Origin: a virus
Length of the DNA stretch: 64,000 nt
Virus record (IMG/VR): IMGVR_UViG_3300008261_003175
Reading direction: 5' to 3' (one strand)
A model generated the notes under the pieces. The model ran no database searches and had not been told where the DNA came from. It saw nothing but the letters and a program-made list of their open reading frames with translations. Within the stretch, counting starts at the first letter, position 1. The number at the start of each line of letters is the position of its first letter. Position numbers and translations under genes: made by a program. This document shows positions 27,376-36,222 of this stretch, piece after piece.

Positions 27376-27867
27376 ATGAAACTACTTGACATACTAAATG
27401 AAACTAAAAAAGATATGAGAGTTGGACTGGATTATTTACAATCCATTCAATCTGATGAGCCATTTAACGTTCGTCAACCCTTATATCATTTGGCATTACG
27501 GCAAGCTTACATAAATAATGTAAAAAAACAAGGCTTAATACCATCGCAACCAGAAGCGTCTATGCATGCTGGAGCTTTGAAAGGAGAGCTGTTTAAGGGC
27601 GTTTGGTTAACGTCTCTAAGTGATATTTCTTCGATTGTCAGTTTACACTATCTTCCTGATTATTACGAATATGAAAGTGTACTATTAAAGATAGACGGCA
27701 CTAAATTAGATCCAAATTTATTCTCAATTGGAATTGAAATACCTTTAAGATTAATGATGGACGTAAAAAAAGGCAAAAAAATATCTAGAAACGACTATTA
27801 TAAGCAATCAGATGAAATAGTATATCTAGGAGAAATACCACCAAAAGCTATAACACTAGTCAATTAA
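27376..27867 (+). CDS. Putative ART-fold (Tpt1/DUF952-like) protein with MKLLDILNE leader
   Basis: LYH...V.KQGL.P, GVWLT, LLKID and EIVY...IPP.AI. Confidence 0.55.
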   Translation: MKLLDILNETKKDMRVGLDYLQSIQSDEPFNVRQPLYHLALRQAYINNVKKQGLIPSQPEASMHAGALKGELFKGVWLTSLSDISSIVSLHYLPDYYEYESVLLKIDGTKLDPNLFSIGIEIPLRLMMDVKKGKKISRNDYYKQSDEIVYLGEIPPKAITLVN

Positions 27868-27921
27868 ATTGATTAAATTAATAAACATACTATTTAATAG
27901 TTTATAAAAAACAAAAACGTT

Positions 27922-29094
27922 ATGAGTTTACTTACAATGACGGATTATTATCCGGAGTTTTTACGCTACTATGCACTAGCAAAAACACAACAAGAAGAGT
28001 GTAATTTAGGCCTCATTCCTCACACTGAATCATCGATACCAGACGATCTAATGAAACACGTAGAACTCTACGATGTAGTAGAAAGGAAATACGCTGGATT
28101 CTCTCAAATAGTTAATGATATATTTTATGGTTGGAGCGAAGATCATCCTTATTGGAAACGCATGGAAGCTGGATTGGCTAGCGAACCAAGAAAAAAGATA
28201 GCTCCGTTGTGGACAGGCAAAAGAAGCAAATTAAATACAGAAGCATGGTTCTTTTTATTTTTAGTGCATCGTCTTACTGGATCGGCTATCAATTATGCTA
28301 AGAAACCTAGTGGTTATCACAATAGTATTCTATTCGATCTACATGAGTGCGATGATATTCCTCAGATGGTTGAGAAGATAAAGAATCGCATATCTCCATT
28401 TTACACCTCAGTTGGTTATCAAATTGCTGCGTTTCCAAAACCTCAAGGCAATTACAAAAGAGGAGGAGATTATTTCATTTGCGAATGGGTACCTCAATTG
28501 GCGGTCGATGTTCTTGCTTTCTTAGAAAGCGGAAATAGAAAAAAGAACTTTAGAGAAGTTGGAGATTTTATGTTTGCTTGGAATAAAGAAAGAGGATTTA
28601 GAATATTTAAATTTCAATACTCTGCTTTTATAGCCGACATTGCAGATTGGTTTCCTGAGTATATAAACAAAGAAAGTCCTTTCTATTACGGTACGAACGC
28701 TATAGAGTGTTTAAACTATTTGGCAAAGAAATACAAAGGCATTCCTCAAGAAGCTTTTCTAGATCAGATAACAAAAAAGATATACGAAGACACTGGAGCA
28801 TATCCTTACAATAGCGAGGACGTTACCTGTGACTTTATTCGTTATGTAGAAAACTACGTAAAACCTGGTAACGATTATCGACATTTAGACTACGACAACT
28901 TGTGGAACAGTTGTGGTATTACAAATCACCCTTATGGCAGACAAAAGGCTATGTTAGATCTTGGATTGACTCCAACATTCAAAGGCATAACCGATCATCC
29001 ATCAGACGATAAGATCATTAAAGCTGTAGGAATCACTGCAGAACAATACAAAGAAAAAGTAAAAGAGTTTCAATTTAACAATCAAATACAATGA
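27922..29094 (+). CDS. aGPT-pyrophosphorylase / amino acid:DNA transferase-like protein (DNA hypermodification)
   Basis: DDLM...LYDVVER, IAD, YYGTNA..CL and EDVTCDFIRY resemble the family GPGA..GL and E..LCE..KY motifs. Confidence 0.55.
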   Translation: MSLLTMTDYYPEFLRYYALAKTQQEECNLGLIPHTESSIPDDLMKHVELYDVVERKYAGFSQIVNDIFYGWSEDHPYWKRMEAGLASEPRKKIAPLWTGKRSKLNTEAWFFLFLVHRLTGSAINYAKKPSGYHNSILFDLHECDDIPQMVEKIKNRISPFYTSVGYQIAAFPKPQGNYKRGGDYFICEWVPQLAVDVLAFLESGNRKKNFREVGDFMFAWNKERGFRIFKFQYSAFIADIADWFPEYINKESPFYYGTNAIECLNYLAKKYKGIPQEAFLDQITKKIYEDTGAYPYNSEDVTCDFIRYVENYVKPGNDYRHLDYDNLWNSCGITNHPYGRQKAMLDLGLTPTFKGITDHPSDDKIIKAVGITAEQYKEKVKEFQFNNQIQ

Positions 29095-30098
29095 CTAACA
29101 TCTTATATCAAAACACCTGTGAAGTTGAATTTAAAGGAAAAAAACCAAAAGACAGTTGGATGGCCAATTGGTCGCTAGACCAGAGACTAGACAAGTTCTT
29201 TGAATTTTGTAGAGTTTTTGATGATCGTCAAGATAGTTTATTAAAAGATGAATATCAAATATTCTCGCATCGTTTACATTGGCATGAGCATCCATTCTGC
29301 GACTTAATGAAGTCTATTACTGATAATGAGTTGAGATTATTCTATACGCTTGTTTTTAGTTTTTCTAACGAACATTGGGGAACTCTAAATAAATTAATGG
29401 AAGAAGGCATATGGAGTACTCGTAATCATTTTCAAAGCAATAGACACGCTCGTAATGATTTGTTTCAGATATACTATCCTAAAGGCACAAATGTAAAGGA
29501 GTGGCTTCTGAGTGGTCCTCATGCAGCTGCTACATTTCTTGCTGATAGTTTATTAGGATCTGTAGAAAGAGGCGAAAGAGGAAAATGGACTATGATGGAG
29601 TTTGCTAAAGCTTTGGAATCTTATTTTAAAGAGCATCAGAATTTTAGAAGTCCTTTATATCCATGTAAGAACACTGCACGATATATTGCTATGGCGTATC
29701 CTCACTTAGTAGATCCTGAATCTATTCTTTTTGGTGGTACTGGTCACTTTGATGGACTTCATCAAATCTTCGGTGGACAAAATCTTAATGGTAAAGTTAA
29801 ATATTCTATTAATGAGAATGGTTTATTTATTCCAGAAAATAAACAAGCAGAAACTTGGTTGTATCAGATGGACATTTTAGTGAACGATTCTAGAAATCCC
29901 ATGAGAGAACAGAAGTATTTAAATGTAGAAGATAAAACTTGTTTTTTCTGGAAGCACATAAGTATCCATCATGGAGCCAAAAAACCAACTAAAAATATTC
30001 CATACACATGGATATTCTCAGATGACTTCAATCTTAGCAATCATTCAGACTTTTTACAAAACATCGCTGAAAGGAATCTAATGTACGAAGAGGCTTAA
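29091..30098 (+). CDS. Second aGPT-pyrophosphorylase-like paralog
   Basis: FFEF....D..DSLL, VDP....GGTG.FDGL..IF and VEDKTCFFWKH. Confidence 0.5.
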   Translation: MTNILYQNTCEVEFKGKKPKDSWMANWSLDQRLDKFFEFCRVFDDRQDSLLKDEYQIFSHRLHWHEHPFCDLMKSITDNELRLFYTLVFSFSNEHWGTLNKLMEEGIWSTRNHFQSNRHARNDLFQIYYPKGTNVKEWLLSGPHAAATFLADSLLGSVERGERGKWTMMEFAKALESYFKEHQNFRSPLYPCKNTARYIAMAYPHLVDPESILFGGTGHFDGLHQIFGGQNLNGKVKYSINENGLFIPENKQAETWLYQMDILVNDSRNPMREQKYLNVEDKTCFFWKHISIHHGAKKPTKNIPYTWIFSDDFNLSNHSDFLQNIAERNLMYEEA

Positions 30099-30109
30099 TA
30101 TTTATAAAC

Positions 30110-30727
30110 GTGAAGTTACTAAATATACTTAAAGAAATAGGAGACGCTTCTGCGAAACCATTTGTATGGAGTTCAAAAGGCGATATCTCTACGTTAGCAA
30201 AACAATTTGCATCTGTTATAGATAACAAAAAAAGCGGTATGAATATGGTTGGGCCCTCTGTTTTTGGATACACTGCTCAAAGCGACAGCGCAACCTACGA
30301 TATAAATATAGAAGCGATGGGACGTAGAAGACTATCTCTTCAACTTCCAGGAAAACCAAAACCAAAACAAATAGGCCCATCTCACGTAATGGAAGTTTGG
30401 ATTAGTTTTACAGTTAACGATAGCGATGAAGACACAAATCTAAACGAACAGTATAGAGTAATGGCCACAGTAATTGCTTGCGTTCAAGACTTCGTTAGAA
30501 AAGTTAGTGACACATTCGAAATCAAAGAAATTAATATCCTTCCAAAATCAGATACAAGTTCAGATGCTCAATTCGATTCACACAGAGGTCGTTTGTATTT
30601 AGCGTACGTAAAAAGAAACATCGATAAACTTCCAGGAAAATGGACAGCTTACGCAAACGAAGACGGAATATCCATAAAAAATGGATCGTGGGAGGGTGGA
30701 AATATCGTAGCTAAATCAACAAATTAA
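30110..30727 (+). CDS. Hypothetical protein with MKLLNILKE leader
   Basis: AATATTTATA upstream; GTG start. Confidence 0.7.
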   Translation: MKLLNILKEIGDASAKPFVWSSKGDISTLAKQFASVIDNKKSGMNMVGPSVFGYTAQSDSATYDINIEAMGRRRLSLQLPGKPKPKQIGPSHVMEVWISFTVNDSDEDTNLNEQYRVMATVIACVQDFVRKVSDTFEIKEINILPKSDTSSDAQFDSHRGRLYLAYVKRNIDKLPGKWTAYANEDGISIKNGSWEGGNIVAKSTN

Positions 30728-30741
30728 TAATATTTATAAGT

Positions 30742-31299
30742 ATGAAATTAATGCATATCTTATTGGAAGCCGAGTCAGAACAAAAAGTGGATTCTGTAGT
30801 CTCTCAATTAAAGTCTCAAATGGGAGATCTTATAAGCGACATCGAAGACACTATAGAGGACAAATCTAAAGAACAAAAAGAAGGCGTTTTAACTTACGTA
30901 GGAGTAGCTCTAGCCATTCCGCCAATATTAGGACTCATTGCGAAATTCGGTAAATACGCTTCAAGTGTAATCAATAAGATTCTAGGAAAGAAACCAGACG
31001 ATCAAACTGGAGCTGAAAGATATTTCCAACAAATGGGTAGAATAGCAGATGAATTACATGGTTTATATATAAAGCCTTTAGAATTGTCTATTAGATCGTT
31101 TGTAAAAGACGAACAAAAGGCGAAAAAAGTTTCAAGTTTTATATATCATATAATTGTAGCGTATATGTTGATAAACGCAGGAATAACCGCTGTAAAAGCT
31201 ATACAAGCAAAACAAGTTTCTCTTGCTACTCTAGAGACTGCTTTAGCGGCCATAAAAGGAGGAGAAGTTAAAAAATACATTTTAAAACTACTTGCGTAA
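30742..31299 (+). CDS. Hypothetical protein with MKLMHILLE leader and hydrophobic helices
   Basis: AATATTTATA upstream. Confidence 0.7.
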   Translation: MKLMHILLEAESEQKVDSVVSQLKSQMGDLISDIEDTIEDKSKEQKEGVLTYVGVALAIPPILGLIAKFGKYASSVINKILGKKPDDQTGAERYFQQMGRIADELHGLYIKPLELSIRSFVKDEQKAKKVSSFIYHIIVAYMLINAGITAVKAIQAKQVSLATLETALAAIKGGEVKKYILKLLA

Positions 31300-31328
31300 T
31301 TACTTAATATTTATTAATAAAAAATTCA

Positions 31329-32246
31329 ATGAAAACAAACATGAAACTTTTAAAGCTTATCATAGAAAATCTAAGAGAGGCTGATGAAGAGCAACCAGCA
31401 AAAGGTGGCGACGCTGCAGGTAAACTTGCAGCAGCTTTCAAAACTCAAGACGTTTCTGGATTCGTAAGTCAATTCAAAGCGATTGCATCTGATCCAAAGG
31501 TTCAAGCTATTCTAAAAGCAGGTACAACTGATGGAAACCCAGGTGATGAAAAGATCACTTACGCAAAAGGCAGCGTTGCTGTTAAAGGATTGTTGCCAAC
31601 TCAAAGTGAAATTGGATTCGATCAAAGCATAGCGAATATACTTTCTGATCAATACGATAGTCTTCAAAGCATACTTAAAGGTACAGCAAACGTTGGAGGC
31701 CCAATAGTTACCTATAATGGAAAATACGTTATAGATGGTCACCACAGATGGAGTCAAGTATACGCAGCAAATCCAAATGCGAAAATGGAAAATTTGGACA
31801 TTAAAGGAAATTTAAAACCAACCGAAATACTAAAGATAGTTCACGCAGCAATTGCAGCCAAAATTGGAGAAGTTCCTTCTGCTGATCCAAAGGGCATAAA
31901 CATTCTTAATGGAGTTACAGAAAAACAAGTTGCAGATGCAGTTAATTCCAAACTTTCAGATAAAGCTAAAAAGATTTGGGCAGCAAACGGAGAAAAAGAT
32001 AACGCGTCTATCACAAAACGCATATATAACAATCTGAAAATGTTGATAAGCAAAAATAAGCCTGTTGCTGGTTCTCCTGGTAGAGCTGATATGCCTCAAA
32101 CAGATAAAGGTGGAGCTCCTACAGATAAATTAACACTGCTTCAAAAAGGAATGGTAAATTTCAAAGATCCAAAATCAGGTGACGTGAAAAAAGAATCTCT
32201 TCAAGAAATCCGCAGAATGCAAAAATTATCAGGAATTAGAAAGTAG
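31329..32246 (+). CDS. ParB/Srx-like domain protein with MKLLKLIIE leader
   Basis: LLPTQ and PIV...KYVIDGHHRW; C-terminal EIRRMQKLSGI. Confidence 0.65.
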   Translation: MKTNMKLLKLIIENLREADEEQPAKGGDAAGKLAAAFKTQDVSGFVSQFKAIASDPKVQAILKAGTTDGNPGDEKITYAKGSVAVKGLLPTQSEIGFDQSIANILSDQYDSLQSILKGTANVGGPIVTYNGKYVIDGHHRWSQVYAANPNAKMENLDIKGNLKPTEILKIVHAAIAAKIGEVPSADPKGINILNGVTEKQVADAVNSKLSDKAKKIWAANGEKDNASITKRIYNNLKMLISKNKPVAGSPGRADMPQTDKGGAPTDKLTLLQKGMVNFKDPKSGDVKKESLQEIRRMQKLSGIRK

Positions 32247-32274
32247 TAATAAACAAACTATCACATAATTGATG

Positions 32275-32303
32275 GGGAGCTCATGGTAGCTCCCTTTCTT
32301 TTT
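32275..32303 (+). terminator. Terminator at convergent junction
   Basis: GGGAGCT-CATGGT-AGCTCCC followed by a T-rich tail. Confidence 0.75.
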
Positions 32304-32403
32304 GTCCTATGGTTACTATTAATGAGCTTTTTTGACAGAATGGGGACTAATGGGTGAGCTCCAAATGAGACAGGTAACTCATTGACAATCAACGCGTTGC
32401 AAC

Positions 32404-32862
32404 TTATTGGTTTTCATTGAGTTGCTTAACGTCCCGTCTGAACCATTTGCCTTGAATATTCTCATTGTACGAATCAGTAGACAGCACTTCGTATACCATT
32501 TGATAGAACACTTCGTAGTACGATAATTGTTTTTTTGAGAAGCAAAATTCGATAATTTCTCTTTTGAACTTGTGTGGACCCAAAACTTTAACGTCTTCCA
32601 AAAGAGGTTTACAACTGCCATAGTATTTATTCCAATCTGATTCTTTTACTACTTTGGTTTTGTTGGGAACTTTTCCTGGTTTCGACCAAGATTCTTTTTC
32701 TTTGAGAGTAAGTTTCTTTGTGAGTAAGTTTCGTAGTATTTTCTTACCTATGTATATTTTTCCCGTGTCTATGTTATAGATCTTGTAAACGAATCCGATA
32801 CAGTTTTCAGGAAAATCTTCTAGAGTCAAGTACTCTTGACCTTGATGCAACCAATTTGTCAT
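32404..32862 (-). CDS. GIY-YIG (Seg-like) endonuclease
   Basis: GFVYKI.N...GKIYIGKK, YYGS, F.REII and YYE. Confidence 0.75.
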   Translation of the reverse strand: MTNWLHQGQEYLTLEDFPENCIGFVYKIYNIDTGKIYIGKKILRNLLTKKLTLKEKESWSKPGKVPNKTKVVKESDWNKYYGSCKPLLEDVKVLGPHKFKREIIEFCFSKKQLSYYEVFYQMVYEVLSTDSYNENIQGKWFRRDVKQLNENQ

Positions 32863-32881
32863 AGCCTTTTATTATAAATAT

Positions 32882-33709
32882 CTATGTATCGTATCTAACT
32901 ACGAAAGTCATATCTGTATTTGGAGGAATTGGATATGGCCTTGAAAGTTTACCTACAACAAGCAAATCATTTCTTTCGTTGTAAAGTCCAACGCATGTAG
33001 TGTATGGCCTAAAATCTGAGCCCGTTACGTTGTCCGAAAGAGATCCAGTTCCACCTATTTTTACAGCGCTAAGATTCTGAGTATAGTTGAAATCGTTCTC
33101 ACTTATGTGACACCTATGTTCTTTTTGATAGATCGTTGTCTCTGCTAAGAAAGATATTATTGAGATTTGAAAATCCTTGGGAATAGCAGATAAATTTTGA
33201 GAAGTGATTATTATCAAACCTTGAGAGTAGATAACATTCCCAGCTTTTTGATTATTAGAATCATATATATTGCCGTTTCCATCATCTGTATAGGTCTCGA
33301 AGGTCGCATCATCATTAATCGTCAAACTATTCCTAGAAATCTGTTCTCCAAAAACTATAGGAGGTATAGATATGACTTGTATAGTTGCGTTAGATTCAGT
33401 AGGAAAATATCGATTCTCGTAATCAGAAGACCCAGAAAAAGCCGTTGATTGTTGATTTGAATCCCAATAACTAGCAGAAAACAATAAAGATCCCGTCAAA
33501 TAGTTTTGATAGTATAATTGACGAATGGTTCTAAAATTAATAGTATCTTGTTTGACTGATCCTGTTATTGTGACAGGTCCATTAGATCCTGTAATAACAT
33601 TTATTCCATATGCGCTAAAGTCAGCAGCTTCTATACCTACTAGATATTTTAATTTTATAGGCGTAGTAGATATATCGGATGCCTTTAACGTATTATACGC
33701 TCTACTCAT
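32882..33709 (-). CDS. Virion tail/baseplate structural protein
   Basis: C-terminal VGLYN....L.VGKLS.P shared with the adjacent gene; structural module context. Confidence 0.65.
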   Translation of the reverse strand: MSRAYNTLKASDISTTPIKLKYLVGIEAADFSAYGINVITGSNGPVTITGSVKQDTINFRTIRQLYYQNYLTGSLLFSASYWDSNQQSTAFSGSSDYENRYFPTESNATIQVISIPPIVFGEQISRNSLTINDDATFETYTDDGNGNIYDSNNQKAGNVIYSQGLIIITSQNLSAIPKDFQISIISFLAETTIYQKEHRCHISENDFNYTQNLSAVKIGGTGSLSDNVTGSDFRPYTTCVGLYNERNDLLVVGKLSRPYPIPPNTDMTFVVRYDT

Positions 33710-33754
33710 GATTTACAATTTTCTCTCGTTAATGAGACAATTAGAGATATTTTT

Positions 33755-34783
33755 TTACCAATCTAATTTTACTCTAATCAACGCTTCTTTGGTGAAATCT
33801 TTTACGAGAGGCTTAGAAAGTTTTGCCACCGCCAACAATTCGTTATTGTTGTTATACATACCAACAGTAGTCATATAAGTTTGTGGACTGTTTATATAAT
33901 TAGAGTATAACAAATCTCCCGAACCAGTTATGAAAGAAGGATTCGTTGTGTAATTGTATTCTGAGTTCTTTATTCTAACGAATACATAATCTGAAGATAT
34001 TGTCTCTTGAGAGCTTAACGTAAAGTTACTACCTGAAACTATTGTTTTATATACTTCTAAATTGTTGTAAGAGTTATTAGCTGAACTACCTACTGCTGTA
34101 GAAAATGCCATTCCCAATCCACCTTTATCTGTAGAAGCTCTCAATGCTGAAGGATTAAGCAAAATTAATCCAACATCAGGCAAAAACGTACCATAGGACC
34201 CAGTAAGAGTGTATCCTTTTCCAGGAGCTCCTGAGATTAGTGGGGAATTAGCTGCAGTTCCAAAAGTTCCAGAAACTATGTTATATGCTCTTCCGCAATC
34301 TAAATAAGTTACAACAGACGTGTCTAATGAATCGTCGGTTAACTTAAGAGTAGTGGATCCTGACGTAAGAGTCAAGTTGAAACTACCCGGAAACAGAGCT
34401 TCTTTATATCTATTACGATCCACAGCTATAGCTATAAGATCAGAAGAAGAAGTTACTGCTGCTCCAAATTCTACTCTAGATTCGTTATCTCCATATACTA
34501 TATTTCTGAATTGACCATAATTCGTTCTTGAAGGAGTATTTTGCGGAACTAAAGAATTTAATGGCACAGATCCTGTTCCATTTATATGACCGTATGCTAT
34601 ACAAAATTGAATAGCTGAATTACTGCCTGTTGGATTAGCATTATATACTGCTAAATAATAATCGTTGCTAACAGATGAAGTAAAAAAGGTTGATAGCCTT
34701 GGTATATTTGTACTCCATGCTGGAGCTGTTACAGCATCTGAAGATACTACGAAATCTGTTGCGTCTAATCTAGTATATGACAT
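33755..34783 (-). CDS. Virion tail/baseplate structural protein
   Basis: C-terminal TTVGMYN..NELLAVAKLSKP; S/T/G-rich. Confidence 0.65.
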   Translation of the reverse strand: MSYTRLDATDFVVSSDAVTAPAWSTNIPRLSTFFTSSVSNDYYLAVYNANPTGSNSAIQFCIAYGHINGTGSVPLNSLVPQNTPSRTNYGQFRNIVYGDNESRVEFGAAVTSSSDLIAIAVDRNRYKEALFPGSFNLTLTSGSTTLKLTDDSLDTSVVTYLDCGRAYNIVSGTFGTAANSPLISGAPGKGYTLTGSYGTFLPDVGLILLNPSALRASTDKGGLGMAFSTAVGSSANNSYNNLEVYKTIVSGSNFTLSSQETISSDYVFVRIKNSEYNYTTNPSFITGSGDLLYSNYINSPQTYMTTVGMYNNNNELLAVAKLSKPLVKDFTKEALIRVKLDW

Positions 34784-34789
34784 AGTTTA

Positions 34790-35449
34790 TTATTGTGTTA
34801 CTTTTGTGATTTGTACTGGTATTGAAATTCTCGCTCCTGAATCTCTTCCTACTATTGTTAAAGTAGTGAATAAAGACGTATTTGTTCCAAATAAGGTGTT
34901 TACAGTCGTTGCAGACATGTTAACAGTAGTTCCTATTACTGTGGAGCTCACGTTTGTTCCAACTGTAGTGGTAGTATTTAGCGCAGAAGCTTCTGGTGTG
35001 TTTATACCCACTCCCGTAAATGTAGACATTGTTCTAACGTCTCCTATTGTAGCTACGTACCCAGATTGTTCGAAAGTAGTGGTAGCGCCTATATAATTTA
35101 GAGTTTGCGGAGTTACAGATATAGAAGAGCCTTGTTTGATTACTATATTGCTATAACCTACATCTATTACTGGTATTTTAGCGGTTCCTCTAGGAAGAGT
35201 TATAAGTTTAGATCTCATTATCTCTTGATCGTTCGGATAAGCTTGTAATACGGGCATATTTTCTATCGCTTCACCGTAGAAAGCCGATCCAGAAGGATGA
35301 TTTGGGTTATACAAACTATAATCTACCTCATCGTCAGATACGGAAAACTGAGTTATTTGAAAAGATCCATCGTTTCTAGCCAGTAATTCTCTACCTTTTT
35401 TGGTGAGAATTGCGTCTACGACTACGGAAGTGTTACTTAAATAAGACAT
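34790..35449 (-). CDS. Virion structural protein
   Basis: LTKKGRELLA...F...DDEVDY; late motif upstream. Confidence 0.65.
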   Translation of the reverse strand: MSYLSNTSVVVDAILTKKGRELLARNDGSFQITQFSVSDDEVDYSLYNPNHPSGSAFYGEAIENMPVLQAYPNDQEIMRSKLITLPRGTAKIPVIDVGYSNIVIKQGSSISVTPQTLNYIGATTTFEQSGYVATIGDVRTMSTFTGVGINTPEASALNTTTTVGTNVSSTVIGTTVNMSATTVNTLFGTNTSLFTTLTIVGRDSGARISIPVQITKVTQ

Positions 35450-35507
35450 AATTGTATTCTATTTTATTATAAATATTAGTTTTTAAAAAATTAATTCGTT
35501 ATATATT

Positions 35508-36218
35508 TTATTGCTGAGATAATAGCTGAGTTTGAACATTAGATTGAATGGTTGATATTTTATCCAATACATCTAAAGTGATGTCTTCAGGTATGGTAAA
35601 CCCGTAGCCTGTATATCCAAATTTTATATCCAATGGAATTATTATATTTTGCTCATCTTGTAATTTTTTTACTATTAGCAATTCGCTAATTTGATCTGGA
35701 TTATTTTGAAAATACACATCTAAATCTGGATTAACCGTTATTTGTAGAACGTTAGCGATATTAGAAACAGTTCGAATAGTTAATATTTGAACGCGACCAT
35801 CGTAAGATTTTATAACTATTTTATCGTTAAACTTTGGAGAGAACGCTTGAGTGATATTTCCATACGTTGTATATAGACTATTTTGAAATTCAGGAGTTGC
35901 GTCTGGAGATATTGCATAAAACGGAATTTGTCGATAATCGTCTGTAAAAGAACTAAGAATTGTATTGAATACAAGAACGTTTGGAGGTTGTACAGAATAA
36001 ACAAAATTTCCGTAATCAGCGCTTGAAGTTGCGTAAGGATAACCACCGATACTAACTGGTTGTATATCTACTGTTAAACTGCCAGTGCTAACTGATCCTG
36101 TCCAATTTCCACTCGTAGGTTGATACTCACTCACGAACTCAAAAGTAAATTCATCCCCCGCGTAACAGTTACTAAGCGTAGTTGAAATAGAGTATTTTAA
36201 TGATCCTGATGTTGCCAT
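35508..36218 (-). CDS. Virion structural protein
   Basis: Beta-rich sequence in the structural module. Confidence 0.6.
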   Translation of the reverse strand: MATSGSLKYSISTTLSNCYAGDEFTFEFVSEYQPTSGNWTGSVSTGSLTVDIQPVSIGGYPYATSSADYGNFVYSVQPPNVLVFNTILSSFTDDYRQIPFYAISPDATPEFQNSLYTTYGNITQAFSPKFNDKIVIKSYDGRVQILTIRTVSNIANVLQITVNPDLDVYFQNNPDQISELLIVKKLQDEQNIIIPLDIKFGYTGYGFTIPEDITLDVLDKISTIQSNVQTQLLSQQ

Positions 36219-36222
36219 GTTG

